This document shows, piece by piece, positions 28,417 to 38,174 of a DNA stretch of 64,000 bases. The notes beneath the pieces were generated by a model. It saw only the letters and a program-made list of their open reading frames with translations, was not told the origin of the DNA and searched no databases. This DNA comes from a virus, in the UHGV virus genome UHGV-0198810; one strand, written 5' to 3'. How positions within the stretch are numbered: the stretch's first letter is position 1; every line of letters starts with the position of its first letter. A program made the translations under genes and the position numbers.

Positions 28417-28815
28417 TCACCTGACCTTAAAGAATAGCTGTCCTTGTACCCCTGTTGTAGGTAAGGTACTCCCGTAGACATTATTACTTAAAACTATTTT
28501 TTGTGTGTCAGTAAAGGTTGGTTTGTTTAACTCATATGTTGTACTTCCCGATTTAGGAGTAAATATAGAACCGTTACAAGATAAATTACCAACATTAAAC
28601 ACTGGTGTAACATCTGTCACATCAATATTTAACCACGACTTTGAAATTTTATTAGCTTTGTCAGCCGTTCCCGCGTTAACTTTTGTGACAGTTCTATCAG
28701 GTAGTCCTACATAAAGATATTTAGTACTTGTGTTAACAAAAAGTTCTCTGTCATCCAAAGTAGTGGGAGTACTTCCACCACCATTTATACTAATTGGCAC
28801 ATTAAGTGTTCCCAT
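28417..28815 (-). CDS. Probable tail-fibre-associated structural protein (start MGTL at 28815)
   Basis: PTTLDDRELFVNT...LYVG and YGSTLPTTGVQGQLFF motifs typical of fibre proteins. Confidence 0.6.
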   Translation of the reverse strand: MGTLNVPISINGGGSTPTTLDDRELFVNTSTKYLYVGLPDRTVTKVNAGTADKANKISKSWLNIDVTDVTPVFNVGNLSCNGSIFTPKSGSTTYELNKPTFTDTQKIVLSNNVYGSTLPTTGVQGQLFFKVR

Positions 28816-29557
28816 TAGTTTTCTCCTTTTTCTCTTTTTGTTCTTTTTCAAATTCCTTTACTATTTTAATTTCCTCTTCTGTAAAAGGAACTTGTTCTAT
28901 TTTTGTTTCCCCTTTTCTAACACTGTTAATAAATTTTATGGCATTAGAAAGTTTAGAAGCTTCAGGGTCATCTTTAATTTCTTTATTAATTGTTTCCGAC
29001 TTTAAATCTAAAGAGTCAAAGTAATAGTTAATAACTTCTTGTCTTTCCTCTTCAGTAGCCTTATCCCATCTGTCATCTATTTCAAGTCCCACATCAGAAA
29101 GAAGTAATCCGTCAAGATGGTCAATATGGTGTTGCATAACTCTTGCAGCCATACCTATCAACTGTACACTTTGTATTTTACCAAGTGGTGTTTGATAAGT
29201 TACATTTATTTTAGGGTGTCTTATTCTAATAAATGTTTTACCGGGAATACTATGACAAGTTTCTTTTGAAAGCTCAATACCCTCTACTTTGTCAATTATA
29301 GGATTAACAAACGTCCTTATATCACCATCAAAATTTATACAAATAATACGTTTATTGTAACCTAATTGATTTGCCGACAATGCACAAATTGTCTCATCAG
29401 AACGAATAACAGCTTTAAGTTTAGAAACAATTGTTTGAACTTCATTGTTTTTCTTTGTTAAATCAAATTCGTCACATCTCTCTGATAAACTATCATAATC
29501 AGTAACAATGTCCTTTTTACTTAATTTTCTAATTTCATCAAAATTAAAAATTTCCAC
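28802..29557 (-). CDS. def: Peptide deformylase homolog with degenerate active site
   Basis: ALSANQLG (motif 1), FVNP.I, ETCHSIPG (motif 2), ARVMQHHIDHLDG (HEXXH changed to HHIDH). Confidence 0.85.
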   Translation of the reverse strand: MEIFNFDEIRKLSKKDIVTDYDSLSERCDEFDLTKKNNEVQTIVSKLKAVIRSDETICALSANQLGYNKRIICINFDGDIRTFVNPIIDKVEGIELSKETCHSIPGKTFIRIRHPKINVTYQTPLGKIQSVQLIGMAARVMQHHIDHLDGLLLSDVGLEIDDRWDKATEEERQEVINYYFDSLDLKSETINKEIKDDPEASKLSNAIKFINSVRKGETKIEQVPFTEEEIKIVKEFEKEQKEKKEKTNGNT

Positions 29558-29559
29558 TA

Positions 29560-29838
29560 TTAGTTATCTCCTTTTAACTCAGTAACAACAAGTTTATATG
29601 TATCACTGTCAAAGTCAGCAATTAAATTCAATGAATATTTATCATTAGTATAGAGTATATTTGATACTGTTCTACTAATAACACTTGAATCATAATTCTC
29701 TTCAACTAAATCACTTTTATCAAGTTTACTAAATACAGAGTTGTATTCTTCAGGATTTTCAAAATCTATGACATAATTATTATCAGATGAAAAGTATCCC
29801 GGTTGAGTTATACCAATCTTTTTTAACAAATCTTTCAT
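29560..29838 (-). CDS. Hypothetical protein
   Basis: AGGAGAG RBS. Confidence 0.65.
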   Translation of the reverse strand: MKDLLKKIGITQPGYFSSDNNYVIDFENPEEYNSVFSKLDKSDLVEENYDSSVISRTVSNILYTNDKYSLNLIADFDSDTYKLVVTELKGDN

Positions 29839-29869
29839 ATATAATCTCTCCTAATTTTATACAATTTGT

Positions 29870-30196
29870 TCACAATTTCAAGTTGTCAATAATCGACTTG
29901 TTATCCTCTATAACATGTTGACCATTTTTGTTTTTTGAGGTTTTTAATAACAAGTTATTTTTATCATATTTACGTTGTTTTTGTTTCTTCTTAGGTTTAT
30001 CAAGAAGGTACTTTATATAACTTAAATTCTGATAACTTGTGATAACGGGGTTTATTGTTAATTTAAGGTTTTCAAGTCTTTCAGGAGAAACCATCCCTTC
30101 TTCAACTTCTTTAGACATATCTTCTAAACACTTTTTTAATTCAAAATATTGTTTACACACAGAATTATAGTATTCGTCAAAATGCTTTTTAGCCAT
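29870..30196 (-). CDS. Hypothetical protein (start MAKKHF at 30196)
   Basis: GGAGG RBS before 30196. Confidence 0.65.
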   Translation of the reverse strand: MAKKHFDEYYNSVCKQYFELKKCLEDMSKEVEEGMVSPERLENLKLTINPVITSYQNLSYIKYLLDKPKKKQKQRKYDKNNLLLKTSKNKNGQHVIEDNKSIIDNLKL

Positions 30197-30205
30197 TTTA
30201 CCTCC

Positions 30206-30250
30206 AAAAGAAAGGCGTACTACAAATATTTTTAACACTGTAGTACGCCT
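30206..30250 (-). terminator. Terminator-like hairpin directly before an RBS
   Basis: AGGCGTACTACA/TGTAGTACGCCT then TTCTTTT-GGAGG. Confidence 0.6.
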
Positions 30251-30311
30251 CAAACTTTTATTTTGTATTTATATGTACAACAGTTAATTATCTTTAATAT
30301 CTATTTATACA

Positions 30312-30722
30312 TTAAAACCAGAAATGAAAGAAATCTTTCGACAATCTGTCCATTCTTTTGTTAAATTCTTTAATAGCTTTTTCTCCAGTATAAGTCGTTG
30401 TATATACCCCGAATTTTTCATTAAATTTTTTGATTGCTTCGGTCTTTTTAGATTCCGCTTCTTCAATAACTTTCTGGGCATTTTTTAATATGGTGTCAAT
30501 CTTTTCGTTTGACTCTTCTAAAATTTTTGCAGCTTCTTCTTTTGCAACATCGTAAGCTTCATAAGCCTTCTCAACCTCGTCGTTGGCCTTGTCAATACGA
30601 AGTGCTAAAGATTTTTTACTTTCTTCTTCTTTAACTTCTAGTTCTTTTGCATCGCTTTCGGCTTTTTCAAGTTCCTCAGGACTGTTAAAAACCTTTTTCA
30701 ATTCTTCTGAATAATACTTCAT
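30312..30722 (-). CDS. Coiled-coil hypothetical protein
   Basis: MKYYSE..K.F....EL..AE; E/K-rich; F..KFG.Y. Confidence 0.7.
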   Translation of the reverse strand: MKYYSEELKKVFNSPEELEKAESDAKELEVKEEESKKSLALRIDKANDEVEKAYEAYDVAKEEAAKILEESNEKIDTILKNAQKVIEEAESKKTEAIKKFNEKFGVYTTTYTGEKAIKEFNKRMDRLSKDFFHFWF

Positions 30723-30826
30723 TTTACATCAATCTCCTTACTTTTAGGGACTTACCATTAAGGGACTTACCCTAAATGACTTATAGAATTTTCTTCTGTA
30801 CGTTTTCGTACATATTATTTATACAA

Positions 30827-32035
30827 TTAACATAAGTTAATTTTGTATATGGCTTCAGCTACATCTTCTTCAGAACTTATTATAAAGTTTTGAGAAGGTT
30901 TATTTGTTAAACGTAAATCTTGTGCATACTGGTCTACTCCCATTAAACTACCATTTGATATTCTTAAACACTCGTGGGACTCGTCACAACTAAAATGATG
31001 ATAATGACTTGAAATTACTAAATCGTTTCGTTTTCTTGTCATTGAAATCATATTATTAATAACCTTATCAGGTTTGTCCTTATGTCCGTGTACACCTGCA
31101 ACTTCATGTCCTAGTACACTAAAAGACACTATATCATCAGCATACTTGTTATCTAAAAATTTAATATTTTTATTTGCGCTCAATCTCTGTTTAAGGTACC
31201 AAGGAGTTATTCTTGCTAACGTTTCAAGCTCCATAGCTTCGCTCTTTCGAGGCTCTAACCTGGAATGATTATCAAGACAATCGGTATAAACTAAATCACA
31301 ATATTGTGATAACTCGTTTAAAAATTCAGCTAATATTTCACTAACTTCCATAGTTTGAGAAATAACATCTTCTCTAGATTCTAATCTCAATGTTAAATGA
31401 ATTCGACCACAGATAAGGTCCCCTAAGTTTACTACATATATTTTTTTAATGTTGTTTAAATTACAAATGTTTATAACCTTAAGTAACAATTTATTGACAC
31501 GTTGTCTACAAATTTCAGGGTTATAATTGTTAAAATAGTTATTAACTTCAATTCCGTAGTGCCAGTCACTTAAACAAAGTATTCCCTCTTTTTGATTTTT
31601 ATTTGTTTGTGAGTTAACATTTACATCTGGAATTGTAAGTAATTTTTCTTTTGACATCTTATCCGCAAAATCAGAAGCTATTTCTTTCAATGTTTCTTCT
31701 CTTGCAAGCATACGAATGTATGCATTATTCTGTATACGTTCCTCGCTTAACTTGTAACGTTCCTTTTTAATGGTTGTTAAATAATTTTTATATTCAGCTT
31801 CAGGGTCTGGTTCACATAAATAGTTATTGAAATCAATCAATCCTTCATTATACATCTTATGTGCTTTACGACTATAAGCGTCTCTCTTTCGTCTATCTTT
31901 TTGTGGTTTAATAGAATTTAACGCTTCGACTATATCTTCCCAAGTAAATAAATTATCTCTAAGTTTAAGAGTGTATAACCTATTTTCATATTCGTCAAAG
32001 GTTTCATTTTCTTTTCTCACTAAAAGGTTCTCCAT
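30827..32035 (-). CDS. Calcineurin-like phosphoesterase/nuclease with N-terminal helical region
   Basis: LSDWHYG, NLGDLICG, DNH, VHGH, SHYHH, NGSLMG. Confidence 0.8.
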   Translation of the reverse strand: MENLLVRKENETFDEYENRLYTLKLRDNLFTWEDIVEALNSIKPQKDRRKRDAYSRKAHKMYNEGLIDFNNYLCEPDPEAEYKNYLTTIKKERYKLSEERIQNNAYIRMLAREETLKEIASDFADKMSKEKLLTIPDVNVNSQTNKNQKEGILCLSDWHYGIEVNNYFNNYNPEICRQRVNKLLLKVINICNLNNIKKIYVVNLGDLICGRIHLTLRLESREDVISQTMEVSEILAEFLNELSQYCDLVYTDCLDNHSRLEPRKSEAMELETLARITPWYLKQRLSANKNIKFLDNKYADDIVSFSVLGHEVAGVHGHKDKPDKVINNMISMTRKRNDLVISSHYHHFSCDESHECLRISNGSLMGVDQYAQDLRLTNKPSQNFIISSEEDVAEAIYKINLC

Positions 32036-32545
32036 TTAACTAATCTCCTCACTGTCATCGTCTATTGCGACAACATTGTCTTCTTCTTTAAGTTTATATA
32101 TCATTGCTTGTACAGCTTCAGTGACCCTTTGTCTACTTTCTCTGTCTAACTCTGTACAAACATTTATGTTAACTTGATTGTTTTGTTGTAACTGAATTGC
32201 AGGGGTAGTTTCAACCATGTTGAGGTTTTTATTAGCTCGGTCAATAGCGTTTTCAGTTACTTGCATATACTTTAGTAAATCTTCATTTGTAAAATTATCA
32301 GGAGTATTTTCAAATCTTTGAATTACTTTATCTGTTACGGTGTCTAATAAATTCGACATCTTCATTACTCTTACAACATTTCTTTTTTGGTTGTTGAGAT
32401 TAAATAAGTTTGTCAAATCTTGTATTTCATCAACATCTTCAGAATTCATTATACTAACTGCTAAATCTGAAGTTTTTTTATCGAGTTGAGATAATGACGA
32501 AGTTGGGTCTACAGGTTGTAAATCGTTTTTCTCATCCTTAGGCAT
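32036..32545 (-). CDS. Hypothetical helical protein
   Basis: In operon; QQNNQVNINV tail. Confidence 0.65.
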   Translation of the reverse strand: MPKDEKNDLQPVDPTSSLSQLDKKTSDLAVSIMNSEDVDEIQDLTNLFNLNNQKRNVVRVMKMSNLLDTVTDKVIQRFENTPDNFTNEDLLKYMQVTENAIDRANKNLNMVETTPAIQLQQNNQVNINVCTELDRESRQRVTEAVQAMIYKLKEEDNVVAIDDDSEEIS

Positions 32546-32874
32546 TAAATCAACTCCTTATACGTTTTTAAAATATTATTTGATAATTTTTCACTGACAA
32601 GTTCTTTTAAGGGTTTGTTATTATTTTTAACATATTCCTGTAATTCTTTATTAAAGTCTTCTGAAGGTTTAAAGATGTATGAAAAAGTACCGTCAAGATA
32701 CTTAACATACAATACTCCTATTCCTATATCGAGTTCACAAACAGTATCTTCTGTATAAATATTTTCAACAATATTTTCTACTAAAATTGTCTGACAAGTT
32801 TTTGTTAGATTATTTATAATTTTTATAGGTATTGTAGATAATACCGATAAATCATCAAGTAGGTTGTATTTCAT
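32545..32874 (-). CDS. Hypothetical protein (weak HU/IHF-like pattern)
   Basis: LDIGIG.L...Y.FKPS..F. Confidence 0.5.
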   Translation of the reverse strand: MKYNLLDDLSVLSTIPIKIINNLTKTCQTILVENIVENIYTEDTVCELDIGIGVLYVKYLDGTFSYIFKPSEDFNKELQEYVKNNNKPLKELVSEKLSNNILKTYKELI

Positions 32875-33074
32875 AATTTCTTTGTCATCCTTCGATAAAC
32901 AGTTTCTGTGTTACGATTTTTCAGATAAGAAATAGAATCTTCAATTTCTTTATCGTATACTAATAAACTTTTATTTAATCTTTCTTTTACACATTTAACA
33001 TAAAGTTCATTTGGAGTATGTTTATGATTACTTAAACTTTCCATTATATTATACAGTTTACTCTTGAAACTCAT
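32871..33074 (-). CDS. Hypothetical protein
   Basis: Coupled ORF. Confidence 0.55.
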   Translation of the reverse strand: MSFKSKLYNIMESLSNHKHTPNELYVKCVKERLNKSLLVYDKEIEDSISYLKNRNTETVYRRMTKKL

Positions 33075-33077
33075 ATG

Positions 33078-33452
33078 TCACCTTCCACTGTTGAACGAAA
33101 AATCTTTTAGAACTTCTTTTATGACAAAATAATTCTTTTTTATACTTTTTGTACTTTCTCCTTTTTTATCTAAAGTTGTTAAACATTTTGTAAAGTCTTG
33201 TTTTTCTATGTCAACTTTCTGAAATAACAACAAAGCGTTAAGCATATCCTCTAACTCTTCTATTTTAGGGATATATATAGTCGTCCCACCATAATATTCG
33301 CAAAGTTTTAGTAAATTTTCTTCGTCAAGAATATAGCTTAACTGACTTAAAGAACTGTATTCGTTAGAATCTTTAAGTTTATACATAACAAACAACATTA
33401 ACGAATATATGTCATTTTTTGTTAAGTTAGTTATCTCTGTGCTTATTGTCAT
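33078..33452 (-). CDS. Mor-family-like transcription activator
   Basis: LLKLCEYYGGTTIYIPK. Confidence 0.65.
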   Translation of the reverse strand: MTISTEITNLTKNDIYSLMLFVMYKLKDSNEYSSLSQLSYILDEENLLKLCEYYGGTTIYIPKIEELEDMLNALLLFQKVDIEKQDFTKCLTTLDKKGESTKSIKKNYFVIKEVLKDFSFNSGR

Positions 33453-34284
33453 CGAAATCCTCGTTTCCGTTGTAATAATTATAAAAACAACCTACATCAT
33501 AATCTACAACATTTTTCGTATGAATGATATCTCTTAAATCTTCTTTTATAATATTTTTAACTTGTTTAACTAAAACGTCTATGTAGTTCGACATACTGTC
33601 AGGTAAATGGTACAAAACAGGTTTTGCATATTTAAATTTTATAAAAGCATTATTTATACTTTTCAAATTTTGAGTTTTGTTAACCATTTTTAAAAAATTT
33701 TCATACGTAGGAGTTATAGTATTGTTAAATGTTAGACACACACTAATATATATGTTATCCCAGATATAACTATCTTTTGGATAAGGTATAGTTTCTAAAA
33801 ACTTTTCAATTGTTAAGGGAATATTTTTTGTAGTTAACTTAAAATCTGTTAAGTAAATATTATCAATACTACTTGCTAATAAGGTATTAAACGTTCCTGT
33901 GTCATCATAAACTTCTTTAGACTTTCTAGAAATTAACGATGAACCTCTTTCCTCTTTGAACGAACAAAATTTTTTATTTATATTAGCATTTATGTAATTT
34001 TTTACAGATTTTATTTTAGGTAATAAAGGTTGTCCGTTTTCATTTATCTTAAATTGTTTTGGATTGACAAGTCTCATATACACACGGTTACTCATAAATA
34101 TACAAAAATCATCAAGTGTTTCTCCGTATATATTAAACTTGTTATCGTAAAGACATACCGACCTTACTATATTATATATATAAGAATAAATTTTATATTC
34201 ATCAATTTCTTCTTTATAGACGTTGTTGTCAATATAAATACACATTTCAGTTGTTGTTAAACCTTTTGGAATTTCAAAGTTCAT
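33427..34284 (-). CDS. Hypothetical protein, possibly a sigma-like transcription factor
   Basis: Helical; loose sigma-region-2-like spacing (DDF...VYMRL...KSVKNYI); next to the Mor-like gene. Confidence 0.45.
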   Translation of the reverse strand: MNFEIPKGLTTTEMCIYIDNNVYKEEIDEYKIYSYIYNIVRSVCLYDNKFNIYGETLDDFCIFMSNRVYMRLVNPKQFKINENGQPLLPKIKSVKNYINANINKKFCSFKEERGSSLISRKSKEVYDDTGTFNTLLASSIDNIYLTDFKLTTKNIPLTIEKFLETIPYPKDSYIWDNIYISVCLTFNNTITPTYENFLKMVNKTQNLKSINNAFIKFKYAKPVLYHLPDSMSNYIDVLVKQVKNIIKEDLRDIIHTKNVVDYDVGCFYNYYNGNEDFDDNKHRDN

Positions 34285-36161
34285 TTTATATGACTTACCC
34301 CATTACTTTCTTTTACCACACTAATACAATTATCAACAGGAATATTTAACTCATTTGCATGATGTGAAATGATATAGATACTACTAACATCATTAAACCT
34401 CTTACTAATCATGTTAATAACCCGCTCACACCCTAAATAGTCTAAGTTATCAAATATTTCATCAAGTACAAGTAATGAACTACTAAAATTCATATATGTT
34501 GATAACATATCTCTTAAAGCAAATTGTACTATTAAGTCAACTTTTTGTTTTTCCCCTCCCGAAAGATTTTCATAATCTTTCTGTTGAAACTTAATTATTA
34601 TGTTATTTCCCTCAAGTTTAAACTCAATTAAAGAATCACCAAAAATATCTTGTGAATAAACATTTGCTCTCTCATCTATATACTTTATTATATTAGACAA
34701 GAGATAACCTCTGAAATCTCGTTTAATTACACTGTCAAATTTATTAAGTATAGATTCTCGACGTCTATAATTTTCAGTTAATTCACTTGATTTTTCATAC
34801 TCGTTAGTGTAAGTATTTATCTGTTCCTCATATTTCTTAACATAAGTAATTAGTTTATTATTTTCATTTTCAAAATTATCTAACTCAACAGTTATTTTGT
34901 TTATTTCATTATTTATATCATTTCTTTTTTTGTTAAGTATTTTAAGCTCATTATCTAAGGAGTTCTTCGCTACCGTCAAATTGGACAAACTTTCTTTAAT
35001 TCTTAATATATTTTGGTTATATTCGTCTTCAATAGTTTTACAAGCGATTTTATAAACATTTTCAATATCATTTATAGACTCATCACAAACATTTATCTTT
35101 GTTGTAAGTTCTAATATTTTATTTTTTTCGTTTGTGACGTCGGGTTTAACTACATTCTGTAACTTTTGTCCACAAGTAGGACAAAAGTCTACCATTTTCT
35201 CAACATTTTGAACATATTGTTTAAGTTTATTTAATTCACTTTTTTGTGCCACAAAACCGTCTAGAATATCTTCTCTTTCCTTGTATCTCTTATTATCAAG
35301 TTCTTCTTTTTTCGTTGTGTAAGTTTTAAGGTACTTATTTTTTTCGTCTTCAAAAGAATTTATACTCGATTCAAAATCGAGTCCTTTGATTTCGTCTTCC
35401 TTTTTTACTATTTCTTCACAAACTAGTTTACACTCATCCTTCAACTCACTCAAATGTATTTTTTGTTTATTTATGTCAAGGGCATTTAATTTTTCTAAAT
35501 CTTTTTTACACTCACTTAATAAATCTTGATTTGTTTCAATTTTTGTTGAAGCCGTTAACGTCTCATCTTCAGCTTGTCTTAAAAGATTATGTACAACAAG
35601 TTTTCTTTCGACCAATCGTTTTTTTAAATCTTCAATCATAAAATCTGACTTACTTAATTTCTCAAGAACTTCTTTTCTTCCTGAAGGGGTGTTATTAGAA
35701 AACTTTAAGGGCATGCCTTGTCCTAATATTATTACACTACCGATAAAAGAACTAGTTAAGTCGGGTAAGAGCTCCTTAAGTATCTTTTCACTATCTCTTA
35801 TACCTTTACCACTTATATCTTTACCGTCAACCGTTATCTGTAACGTTGTTTTATATTTTGAATGTTCTTTTGACCTTAAAACAGTGTAAACTTTATCATC
35901 AAAGCTAAATTCGAGGACAACGAGAGCCCCGTCATCACCATTTATGTTAACAACATTTTTAGAGCCCCTTAAGGTTTCCCCACAAAGACACCATATTATA
36001 GCTTCAAAAATACTACTTTTACCACTACCGTTTGAAATTGCCCCGTCATTACTATTATTAGTACCAGTTACGAGAGTGTATCCGTTATCCTTCAAATTGA
36101 TTTCACTACTACCTATTGACATAAAATTATAGATACTAATTTTATTAAATTCTATGTTCAT
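34281..36161 (-). CDS. sbcC: SbcC/Rad50 (gp46-like) ATPase
   Basis: NFMS, NGSGKSS, Q-loop, CPTC Zn hook, LSGGEK, LVLDE, ISH. Confidence 0.93.
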   Translation of the reverse strand: MNIEFNKISIYNFMSIGSSEINLKDNGYTLVTGTNNSNDGAISNGSGKSSIFEAIIWCLCGETLRGSKNVVNINGDDGALVVLEFSFDDKVYTVLRSKEHSKYKTTLQITVDGKDISGKGIRDSEKILKELLPDLTSSFIGSVIILGQGMPLKFSNNTPSGRKEVLEKLSKSDFMIEDLKKRLVERKLVVHNLLRQAEDETLTASTKIETNQDLLSECKKDLEKLNALDINKQKIHLSELKDECKLVCEEIVKKEDEIKGLDFESSINSFEDEKNKYLKTYTTKKEELDNKRYKEREDILDGFVAQKSELNKLKQYVQNVEKMVDFCPTCGQKLQNVVKPDVTNEKNKILELTTKINVCDESINDIENVYKIACKTIEDEYNQNILRIKESLSNLTVAKNSLDNELKILNKKRNDINNEINKITVELDNFENENNKLITYVKKYEEQINTYTNEYEKSSELTENYRRRESILNKFDSVIKRDFRGYLLSNIIKYIDERANVYSQDIFGDSLIEFKLEGNNIIIKFQQKDYENLSGGEKQKVDLIVQFALRDMLSTYMNFSSSLLVLDEIFDNLDYLGCERVINMISKRFNDVSSIYIISHHANELNIPVDNCISVVKESNGVSHIK

Positions 36162-37246
36162 TTCAATATCTCCTGTAATTCGTCAATAGTTAAATTATCA
36201 TTACCAACATTATCTAGTACAAATTTCTTAAATTCCTCTAAATGGTCTAATTGTAATGATGTTATACTTTCACCTACTATGGGGGTTGTATCCTTTTCGA
36301 CAATAATCCTACAACATACTCCATTACAATTTTTAGGACAATTTATACTTTTCATTTTAGGATTATTATCGTTAGGGTCAAAACGATAACTTATGTATTC
36401 TCGACTCTTTTCATCAACTTTTATAGTGGCAACATAATTTTTTAATTTAAATGATATATCATTTAAATAATGAATATCTTTATTTGTAAAATCGAGTTTA
36501 TAAAAATTAAGTGCAAACGGGTTTTCGTGTAGAGTATAAGATAAGGTATCCAAATCAATTATCATTGCTTGGTGTTTATACTTTAGTGCATCTTCACTGA
36601 AGTTTTGTCCTGTTATATTCCCTATATTTAAGACATTATTTTTTACCCACTCACTATTATGAATGTGTCCGTTAACAGTTAAGTCAAATGATTTTTCTAA
36701 ATTATTTAGTTCAAAACCCGATTCAGAAACATAAGCTCCCATTCGTATACCTTTAATATCATTGTGTGTCAACAATAATTTGAATTTTTTGTCATCTGGC
36801 ACATCTTTAGGGAAGTAATCTTCGACAGGATTTTTGTCATTTTCAAGAATATAAGGTAAAACATAAATAAGTGTGTTTCCCATACCCAGTATGGCTGGCT
36901 TATTAAATATTTCACAATTTCTATTCTGTAGAAAAGTTTGAGTACTTGAAAATGAGTTATCCCCTCTACCGATTTCGTGATTTCCTACAACAAAGTAATT
37001 CGGTTTACATGAAAAGTCAATTTCAGATAATGCACTTATTTCTTCAGCGTTTAAGTCTGAACGGTCAAAGAAGTCTCCTAAACAAAAAAGCCCACAACAA
37101 TGCTCTTGTTCAGCTAAATCGTTTAGCCATTTCATTGTTTGTATCTGGTTCTCTAACCGTTTTGAATATTTTTTTCCAATACCCCTAACAATTGAGCTAC
37201 TAGAACAAAAATGATTATCTGAATATATTAATAATTTATTACTCAC
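36158..37246 (-). CDS. sbcD: SbcD/Mre11 (gp47-like) nuclease
   Basis: SDNH, GDFFD, GNHE, THND, GHIH; adjacent to sbcC. Confidence 0.88.
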   Translation of the reverse strand: MSNKLLIYSDNHFCSSSSIVRGIGKKYSKRLENQIQTMKWLNDLAEQEHCCGLFCLGDFFDRSDLNAEEISALSEIDFSCKPNYFVVGNHEIGRGDNSFSSTQTFLQNRNCEIFNKPAILGMGNTLIYVLPYILENDKNPVEDYFPKDVPDDKKFKLLLTHNDIKGIRMGAYVSESGFELNNLEKSFDLTVNGHIHNSEWVKNNVLNIGNITGQNFSEDALKYKHQAMIIDLDTLSYTLHENPFALNFYKLDFTNKDIHYLNDISFKLKNYVATIKVDEKSREYISYRFDPNDNNPKMKSINCPKNCNGVCCRIIVEKDTTPIVGESITSLQLDHLEEFKKFVLDNVGNDNLTIDELQEILK

Positions 37247-37259
37247 AAAAATTGACTCC

Positions 37260-38174
37260 CTACATTGATAGTATTTTCAATACTATATAATCTCTGATAT
37301 TTATATTAACCAACTTACCACTTTTCAACAGATAATCAATATTAGTTAAAAAACTAATTATTTTAACCAACTGTTTAACATTCCATACCTTTGTACTTTT
37401 TCTTATTGCATATATCTGTTTCGAACTTAAACCAGTATTTTGAGGAGTTGGATTGTTATTTCCCCAAACATTTAATAACTTAACAAAATTCTTATATAGA
37501 ATAGTAACAACACCTAAGTCTTCAACATCCATTACATCAATATCTTGATAAATACATTTTAATGTATTCAAATCTCTTTTTTGTAAAGCATTCGTAAAAT
37601 CAAAAATTGTTTTATCTGTTATATCTGAAAATGCATTATCATTAAGCATATCCTCAAAGATTGTTTGTCTCTGTATAGGCTCAAAACAAATTAGTTTATC
37701 TATTTCATTTTGAATTTTATCAATATTATTTTTACAATTTTTAATCAACCAGTCAAGATATTTTGTGTCAACACCTTCTAGTAAAGAATAAACATAATCT
37801 TTTATACACCACTCTTCAAGGTCGGGAACATTTATAATAAAATTATTATAAATACTTTCAGTGTCTTTTTCAACTTTTTTAGTAATAATTATTAAATTAT
37901 TTTTATTTAAAAGATTTTTATGCTTATATTCAAATTTATCAGTGACATAAACATTTAGACAATCGTTAAAACTGTCTTGCCCGAAAATGTTTTTACTATC
38001 ATTTTCATAAATATCTAAACTATCTATATACTGAATAGGTTTTTTTAGACATTGAGATATTGCTCTGTAATATTGTCGAGCAATAAACGTCTCTTCCCCT
38101 TTGAAAATAATAAAAGTATCTTTGACGTTACCACATTCAATTTGTCGTTTTACGTTAGTTATATCCACAATCAA
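37260..38174 (-). CDS. holA: DNA Pol III delta-like clamp-loader subunit
   Basis: FIIFKGEE.F, NEIDKL, IFDFTNAL, D..LKSG; follows dnaX-holB. Confidence 0.75.
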   Translation of the reverse strand: MIVDITNVKRQIECGNVKDTFIIFKGEETFIARQYYRAISQCLKKPIQYIDSLDIYENDSKNIFGQDSFNDCLNVYVTDKFEYKHKNLLNKNNLIIITKKVEKDTESIYNNFIINVPDLEEWCIKDYVYSLLEGVDTKYLDWLIKNCKNNIDKIQNEIDKLICFEPIQRQTIFEDMLNDNAFSDITDKTIFDFTNALQKRDLNTLKCIYQDIDVMDVEDLGVVTILYKNFVKLLNVWGNNNPTPQNTGLSSKQIYAIRKSTKVWNVKQLVKIISFLTNIDYLLKSGKLVNINIRDYIVLKILSM

